This document shows, piece by piece, positions 58,621 through 64,000 of a DNA stretch of 64,000 nucleotides. The translations under genes and the position numbers were made by a program. The stretch's first letter is position 1, and each line of letters opens with the position of its first letter. The notes under the pieces were generated by a model that saw only the letters and a program-made list of their open reading frames with translations, had not been told where the DNA came from and ran no database searches. Source of the stretch: a virus (Duplodnaviria > Caudoviricetes); IMG/VR virus record IMGVR_UViG_3300045599_000040, positions 1 to 64,000 of that record. One strand, 5' to 3'.

Positions 58621-59145
58621 TTAACTCTCTTTCCAAACTCCATCTACCTTACCCCATATACCCTCAATATTCTTCCAAACACCATCTACTTTTACCCAAC
58701 CATTATCGCCTTCTTTCCAAACATCATCAATTTTCACCCTGATATCAGAAAATGCAGGGCCAACTAAAACATACCAATATCCACCTTGGATACCGTTGTT
58801 GGGGTATGTTCCTTGTTCAGCTATTACATTCTCGATAAAGCTTCCTCTAGATCTAGAAGATGTTTGATAGGAAGTCGTTGAATGTTGTTCCCATGTAGTA
58901 CTATTAATCCACCCATCTCTGAATAGAACAGATCCTTGCAGAAGATAAACATAACCGCTTTGACCAGTATTCCGTGTAACATAAGATCCAGTTAGAGTAA
59001 TTTGTCCAGTGCTAGAATTTAACGAATACGATGTGTATCCAGCAATTGGTGGTGATGTACTTGTTCCAGAAGATCGAAATGTCCAAGGGTTTAGGGTGTA
59101 GTAGTAAGAAGTATTGATGCTATATTTTCTCCATATATACCTCAT
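58621..59145 (-). CDS. Tail fibre-associated protein
   Basis: Aromatic/Thr-rich; C-terminal repeats WVKVDGVWK. Confidence 0.6.
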   Translation of the reverse strand: MRYIWRKYSINTSYYYTLNPWTFRSSGTSTSPPIAGYTSYSLNSSTGQITLTGSYVTRNTGQSGYVYLLQGSVLFRDGWINSTTWEQHSTTSYQTSSRSRGSFIENVIAEQGTYPNNGIQGGYWYVLVGPAFSDIRVKIDDVWKEGDNGWVKVDGVWKNIEGIWGKVDGVWKES

Positions 59146-59157
59146 ATTACATCACCC

Positions 59158-61551
59158 CTAAGCCTTATACTTTATCCAGATATCGCCATTTTCACCATCA
59201 GCGCTTGCTGGATTAGCAGTGGAAAGGATAATATTACGTACCTGTTTAGTAGTGTAATCAGTGTTATTTTGTGCAGTTAAGATGCCAGTCATGGTTCCAC
59301 CGTTTATAGGTACAGATGCATTTCTTGCAGCATCAGCTTTTGCTTGTGCTCCTTCTGGTGTTTCTACTCCTGGTGGGACTGTTATTGTATTAGTGCCTTT
59401 ATCTCTGATACCTGAAATGATTCCTGCCTCAAACAAATCATTGTTTGCAATAAAATTATTCTCGCTACCAAAATCTATATATATTCCAAAGTCTTGCTTA
59501 ACATCTCCATATCCAGCACGAAACGTGTTATTTTGTATATTAAAGTTTTTTGCTCCCATTAGTAAAATACCTGAATATAAAACAAAACCATCGTTAATTT
59601 GACCATTTCCTATAATGAAGTTGCCAGAAATGACTGTATTTGCTCCTCCTAATACATGAATCCCATTTTTCAAGCTACCCTCAATATGATTATTAGCAAT
59701 GATATTGTCAGTGTTGTTGATATGTGGAATATAAATACCCATATTCCCTACATTAGAAATTTTATTCCCAATAATAGTATTCCTAGACCCTCCTAGATTA
59801 ATACCATTTCCAGTAGCAGTGTTTGATATGATATTTGCACTGACAACTGTGTCATGACAAGCAGCTATGACTATTCCATGACTAGTTGTATTCTTTATAA
59901 CATTTCCAGTAATTAAATTGTGTTTAATTTGATTATCGGTGGTTCCTGACAAATAGATTCCCGTTCCTTCAGAATCATCAATTATATTATTACTAAAAAC
60001 GTTTTCAGAGTTTTTATTAGATATTGTTATTCCATTGTTGGAGAGATTTTTAAAATTGCTACCATTCACAGTAAGTCGCGAAGTGTCACTCAATCCCACC
60101 CCCCTATAAAGGTTTGAAAAATAACTACTGTCTATCCGAATATCTGTCGATTTTTCTGAATACACACCGTATGTCATGTTACTTTTAAATATACAGTTGC
60201 TTACCTGGATCTGCGCAGCATTCTTAATATTTATTCCACCTTGTCTTCTAGATAATGTAGTATTTCCATCGACAAGTATATTCTTAATTCCCACACTTTC
60301 AACCTCTACAATATCAAAGGCATATCCAGTTATAGCATCTTGTACATGTTTGACAACTGTTCCTGTACCCATACCCTCCAAAATTACATTTGAGATTAAA
60401 ACAATAGGTGCATTAATGTTATAAGTCCCTTCCATCAGAACTACTTTCCCACCATAGGAGGGGAGAGAGTTGATAGCTGCGTTAATGGTATCTTGGGCGT
60501 TATCTGCATCGTCAGGTACAATAAAGTCAGCACCTGCTTTGGATTTTTCGCTACTATTGTTGGCTGCTACTACGACAGTTACTGACCGTGAAGTGCTAGA
60601 TTCTATCCATTTACTACCGTTCCAATATTTAAATTTAGGCATATTTGGAATGCCAATATCCAACCAAATTTGATTTGCAATAGGAGATGGCGGAGGAGAG
60701 ACGTTTACATAGACTTTATCTGCTAGCACCCAATATTCTGGATCTGTCGGTAAATTACCAGTTGTAACTTTTTTAGCATAAAATATTTGGTTAGCATATA
60801 CCACACCATCACCAACTTGATAGGTGGTTGAGTTATTGTAGTCACCTTTTAATGTAACAGCAACACCTGCATCTCCTTTATCTCCTTTGCGAGAAAGAAG
60901 TCGCCAATAAGGATCAGTGTTGTCACCAATAGGTGTTTTGTTTAACGAATCTCTCTTGGCAATATAAACGTTTCCATTGAATTCAACCATGTTTTTTTGA
61001 TAGTAAGCAATTTCTGGTGAATATGTGCCAACATCATCAAATTGATCTATTTCCGCATCTAATTCGCCTTTTTTTAGATCTACGAAATTAGTAAAATCTT
61101 CTTGTTTTTGTACTATGTAACCTTCCACATTATTTTTAATAAACATTTGCATATTCGCTAATGCACTTTGCAACTTATTCCAATCATCTGGAAGAATTAT
61201 TTTATCTCTTAAAGTATTTGTAAGTTGATTTAATTCATCATCCTCGGCAGGTGTACGATTTGTTTTTAAAGTCAAATCTGTATATCTTTGAACTAATGGA
61301 CGATCACTCGCTTGAATATTTGTGTGGGTGATAAAATCGTCAATACTATTTGGAAAATTACTATTCGCATTAAGCACTCCCCAATAAGTTGTATCTCTAT
61401 TAGGATTTGGCTCTTGTGGATTATCACTATTATGATCTGTAATACAACAAAATGAACGTGTTGATTCATTGGTTGATCTTTTATACACAACAACATCTAA
61501 TTTTTTATAACTTTTGGCTGGATCATAAGAACCTCTAAAATTATAATTCAA
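59158..61551 (-). CDS. Tail fibre/receptor-binding protein with right-handed beta-helix (depolymerase-like)
   Basis: N-terminal CBM-like repeats G.Y....Y...D.V.Y; AINAAINSLPSYGGKVVLMEGTY; many N.I.GN repeats; GAQAKADAA. Confidence 0.8.
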   Translation of the reverse strand: MNYNFRGSYDPAKSYKKLDVVVYKRSTNESTRSFCCITDHNSDNPQEPNPNRDTTYWGVLNANSNFPNSIDDFITHTNIQASDRPLVQRYTDLTLKTNRTPAEDDELNQLTNTLRDKIILPDDWNKLQSALANMQMFIKNNVEGYIVQKQEDFTNFVDLKKGELDAEIDQFDDVGTYSPEIAYYQKNMVEFNGNVYIAKRDSLNKTPIGDNTDPYWRLLSRKGDKGDAGVAVTLKGDYNNSTTYQVGDGVVYANQIFYAKKVTTGNLPTDPEYWVLADKVYVNVSPPPSPIANQIWLDIGIPNMPKFKYWNGSKWIESSTSRSVTVVVAANNSSEKSKAGADFIVPDDADNAQDTINAAINSLPSYGGKVVLMEGTYNINAPIVLISNVILEGMGTGTVVKHVQDAITGYAFDIVEVESVGIKNILVDGNTTLSRRQGGINIKNAAQIQVSNCIFKSNMTYGVYSEKSTDIRIDSSYFSNLYRGVGLSDTSRLTVNGSNFKNLSNNGITISNKNSENVFSNNIIDDSEGTGIYLSGTTDNQIKHNLITGNVIKNTTSHGIVIAACHDTVVSANIISNTATGNGINLGGSRNTIIGNKISNVGNMGIYIPHINNTDNIIANNHIEGSLKNGIHVLGGANTVISGNFIIGNGQINDGFVLYSGILLMGAKNFNIQNNTFRAGYGDVKQDFGIYIDFGSENNFIANNDLFEAGIISGIRDKGTNTITVPPGVETPEGAQAKADAARNASVPINGGTMTGILTAQNNTDYTTKQVRNIILSTANPASADGENGDIWIKYKA

Positions 61552-61553
61552 AT

Positions 61554-62591
61554 TTATTCACCTTCTTCTTTAATTATGGATTCTGCATAAACATTGCAAT
61601 CTAGGTCAATTTGCTGCAAACAAACAAAAAAAGAGTCTCCCAAAACTGGTTGACTACGCCAGGAACTTACTATTGTGTTATTATTTAAATATTTATAAAG
61701 ATAAAAACGACTATCAACAGCATCATATTGCAACTTAAAATATCCGTTATCTCCTTGAAGAGTAAGCAAATCAACTTTGCTAAGTGGTTTATCGATCCAC
61801 ATTTTAATAGTAAATGTTTTATCTACGGAAAACCCTTCATCAGTCCATACTCGACATCCATTTGTTAAATCAATCCCTTTTTCTTCAAGAAACGGGGGAG
61901 GGTCACAAGAAGACTTTAAAATAATTTGTATGACATTCCAAGATAAATTAATTCCTGCAACTTCTGGAACGGGAGCAGCAATCAAACTTACATTTACTTT
62001 AGGTTGGGTGTACAAAACACTAAACATGACTTTCCCTGTAGTGTTTGTTAGTCCCTTATTGCTAGTTACTTGAAACTCGATGTAATAATCTTTTTCACTA
62101 GATAAATTTGAAAATAAAAACTCAATTGTTGATTGGGTTTTTATCCCTGATTGCCCAATTATACTTTTTTCTGAGTTGTATAAAATACAGTTCCATGAAC
62201 GAAGTGGTATATCTTCAGCTTGTGAGTACACTGCACTAAAATTGTACGATGGAGCACTTACCACATCGATTGGAGATAGTGTAATAATTGGTCTTGATGA
62301 AGTTTGGAAGATAACAAAGTCTGATGCAATAGATTTTCCAGCTTCATTGTAAATAGTAACTTGCCATTTAAATTCCATATTATTGTTTAAAACAAAAGAT
62401 GGAAGTAAATAGCTGTTTGCGTAACTGTTAGTTTTATCTAATGACCATACTATTTCATTGTCTGTATTGTTAAATATCTTAATTTCAAACGCTATTTGTA
62501 CGTCACCTGAAACACTCCAAGAAAAAATGTTGTCTTCATTAGCATCAATAGCAACTCCACCTGTTGGAGACAGGTTATAAGGTTTTTGCAA
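61554..62591 (-). CDS. Structural protein with FN3/Ig-like domains
   Basis: FSWSVSGDVQIAFEIKI, WQVTIYNEAG. Confidence 0.6.
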   Translation of the reverse strand: MQKPYNLSPTGGVAIDANEDNIFSWSVSGDVQIAFEIKIFNNTDNEIVWSLDKTNSYANSYLLPSFVLNNNMEFKWQVTIYNEAGKSIASDFVIFQTSSRPIITLSPIDVVSAPSYNFSAVYSQAEDIPLRSWNCILYNSEKSIIGQSGIKTQSTIEFLFSNLSSEKDYYIEFQVTSNKGLTNTTGKVMFSVLYTQPKVNVSLIAAPVPEVAGINLSWNVIQIILKSSCDPPPFLEEKGIDLTNGCRVWTDEGFSVDKTFTIKMWIDKPLSKVDLLTLQGDNGYFKLQYDAVDSRFYLYKYLNNNTIVSSWRSQPVLGDSFFVCLQQIDLDCNVYAESIIKEEGE

Positions 62592-62607
62592 GCTACCTTC
62601 ACCTCCT

Positions 62608-62640
62608 AAAACAAAGAGGTGGGGAGAAATTTCCCCACCC
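62608..62640 (-). terminator. Terminator after the tape-measure gene
   Basis: GGTGGGGA/TCCCCACC stem plus TCTTTGTTTT on the minus strand. Confidence 0.65.
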
Positions 62641-62643
62641 TTA

Positions 62644-63592
62644 TTATTTCTTATGCGAGTTTATAATTTGATTCATTTGCTGCCAAAATTCAGTTGGATT
62701 GTTTGCTTTAACAGTTACATCTCCGAAGTGATAATGTTGATCCTGACTAACTATTTGTGGAACCTGTCTGTTATTTCCTATTTTTAAAACTTGATCAGCA
62801 AACATTCTCATACTTCGTGGAAAATTAGTAGCAATATGTTGAGGTGGAATCTGTAATTCTCCGATAAGTGACTTAATAACTGTTTCGTTTGCTTGAGTGT
62901 TAAACATTTTGTTTGCTATCTGAGTTACTTTAGGGACTGGTTTATTTCCAACAATTCCACCAGTATGTTTTTTGTTTTTATCTAGCCAATCAGAGATATC
63001 TTTAACGACATCTTTTGCTTTATCAACAATTTTTTCTCCTAGATTTTTATCTGCTTTGTCTTTTTCTTTATCTTTTTTATCTTTATTTACAAAAGTGTCA
63101 TTATCTACTTTGAGGTAATCTGGCATGTCATCAGGATAATAATATTTTCCATCACCAGTTGGTTCATATCTACTACCACCACCGCCACCACCTGAAGATG
63201 GAGAAGGGGAAGGAGAGGGGGGATTGGCTTTAAGATTATTTAGTGTGCTATATAATTGCTTGATCTGTTTAACCTGGCTGTCTAGATTTTTAATAAAGCC
63301 ATCCATTGAACTGATTTGTTCGCCATACCAACTATTCATTAAATCACTATAGGATGCAGTACCATTCCTTACTTCCTCAATGATCTGATCCCAATGTTCT
63401 TCTTCTTTTCTGGCATGGTTTTCTTGTAGTTCAGCTAATTTATCAAGGTGTTCATTTGTATTTCCAATAAGAAGATTGTATAGTTCTTCTAGTTTTCTAA
63501 TATATAATTCTTTGCCGCCAATCTCGATTTGATGCAATTTCTCTTTTTCTTCAAGGCTTTTTTCTTGATCTTCAATTTCTTTATTATAAAGG
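62644..63592 (-). pseudogene. 3' part of the tape-measure protein gene, interrupted by IS21
   Basis: Coiled coil followed by KKHTGGIVG, ETVIKSLIGELQIP and terminal HFGDVTVKANNP..F; no native start, since the ORF-track N-terminus is IS sequence. Confidence 0.75.
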
Positions 63593-64000
63593 TGTGTTTG
63601 GCAACTAGAAAATGTAGAATTCGGCAACCAATTTATGCATAAGACCTTGCCGTTTTTTATCGCCCCGACAAAGCATGCCGAAGACGGTAACTCTCACCGG
63701 AAAACGCCAATATATAAGCATGATGAACTAATCGATCAATAATGGCTGCCGTTAGCCGGTTATCACCAAATACACTTGTCCATTGTCCAAACTCCAGATT
63801 AGATGTAACGATGACGCTGTTTCGTTCATAACAATCAGAGATCAGGTGAAAGAGCAGTTCCGCGCCATCACGATGGAACGGAACGAAACCTAGCTCATCG
63901 AGAATGATCAAGTCACATTGATCTAGTTCCTTCTTAAATCGACCTAGCATCCCAGCCTGATGCTTATTCTGTAATAAGGAGACGAGTTCGGCTACTCGAA
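63593..64000 (-). mobile_element. IS21-family element, right end (continues beyond the window)
   Basis: Terminus TGTGTTTGGCAAC with internal GGCAAC repeat; abrupt GC rise; istB. Confidence 0.85.
63657..64000 (-). CDS. istB: IstB ATPase (C-terminal part)
   Basis: LIILDELGFVP, LFHLISDCYERNSVIVTSN, AIIDRLVHH, GESYR. Confidence 0.95.
   Translation of the reverse strand, partial: RVAELVSLLQNKHQAGMLGRFKKELDQCDLIILDELGFVPFHRDGAELLFHLISDCYERNSVIVTSNLEFGQWTSVFGDNRLTAAIIDRLVHHAYILAFSGESYRLRHALSGR

Noticed and set aside
58621-61551. Diversity-generating retroelement acting on the tail fibre
   Set aside because: No reverse transcriptase and no TR/VR repeat pair found in the window.
63170-63235. CCA/CCG and GGAGAAGG low-complexity repeats, plus the GGCAAAGG repeats at 2709-2735
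   Set aside because: They simply encode PSPSPSSGGGGG and KGKGKG linkers.
1-64000. Many short ORF-track entries antisense to or nested in long genes (e.g. 1920-2159, 11479-11781, 32513-32962, 59261-59602)
   Set aside because: Shadow ORFs of real genes, with no RBS or recognisable motif.
1-64000. CRISPR array or mini-array formed by the dispersed palindromes
   Set aside because: Repeats are only 17 bp, irregularly spaced and separated by whole genes; no cas genes.
1-64000. tRNA or rRNA genes
   Set aside because: No cloverleaf with a T-loop GTTCRA and acceptor stem was seen in any intergenic region by eye; tRNAscan would settle this.
1-64000. Arbitrium (aimR/aimP) system expected in SPbeta-like phages
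   Set aside because: No TPR receptor with an adjacent signal-peptide gene in this window; it may lie outside.

Overview
AT-rich DNA of a large temperate SPbeta-like phage or prophage of a Bacillota host; the host cannot be determined from this window. The rightward arm (1-52.5 kb) opens with an SPbeta yorF-yorL-type replication block (SSB-like, AAA ATPase, helicase, primase, RecJ, DnaE) plus RecD2. It continues with many small accessory genes, a nucleotide-metabolism block (class Id-like RNR, MazG/dUTPase-like, ThyA, DHFR, TK), a roughly 11 kb RNA-repair/nucleotidyl-transfer island (Hen1, Pnkp, two RlaP-like NTases, kinase-HD, a third NTase, a phosphoesterase, two CYTH genes), RusA and a large serine recombinase followed by an attP-like site. 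The leftward arm (52.5-63.6 kb) carries lysis and tail genes, and the tape-measure gene is interrupted by an IS21 element at the window end. Two group I introns are visible: one in dnaE, carrying only a remnant of a homing endonuclease, and one in nrdA, carrying an HNH gene. Non-coding signals include about 17 copies of a TAAAA-N6-TTTTAA palindrome at gene boundaries and two tandem pairs of NrdR-box-like sites, one unexpectedly in front of the lysis cassette. All family assignments come from motif recognition by eye, not database searches.
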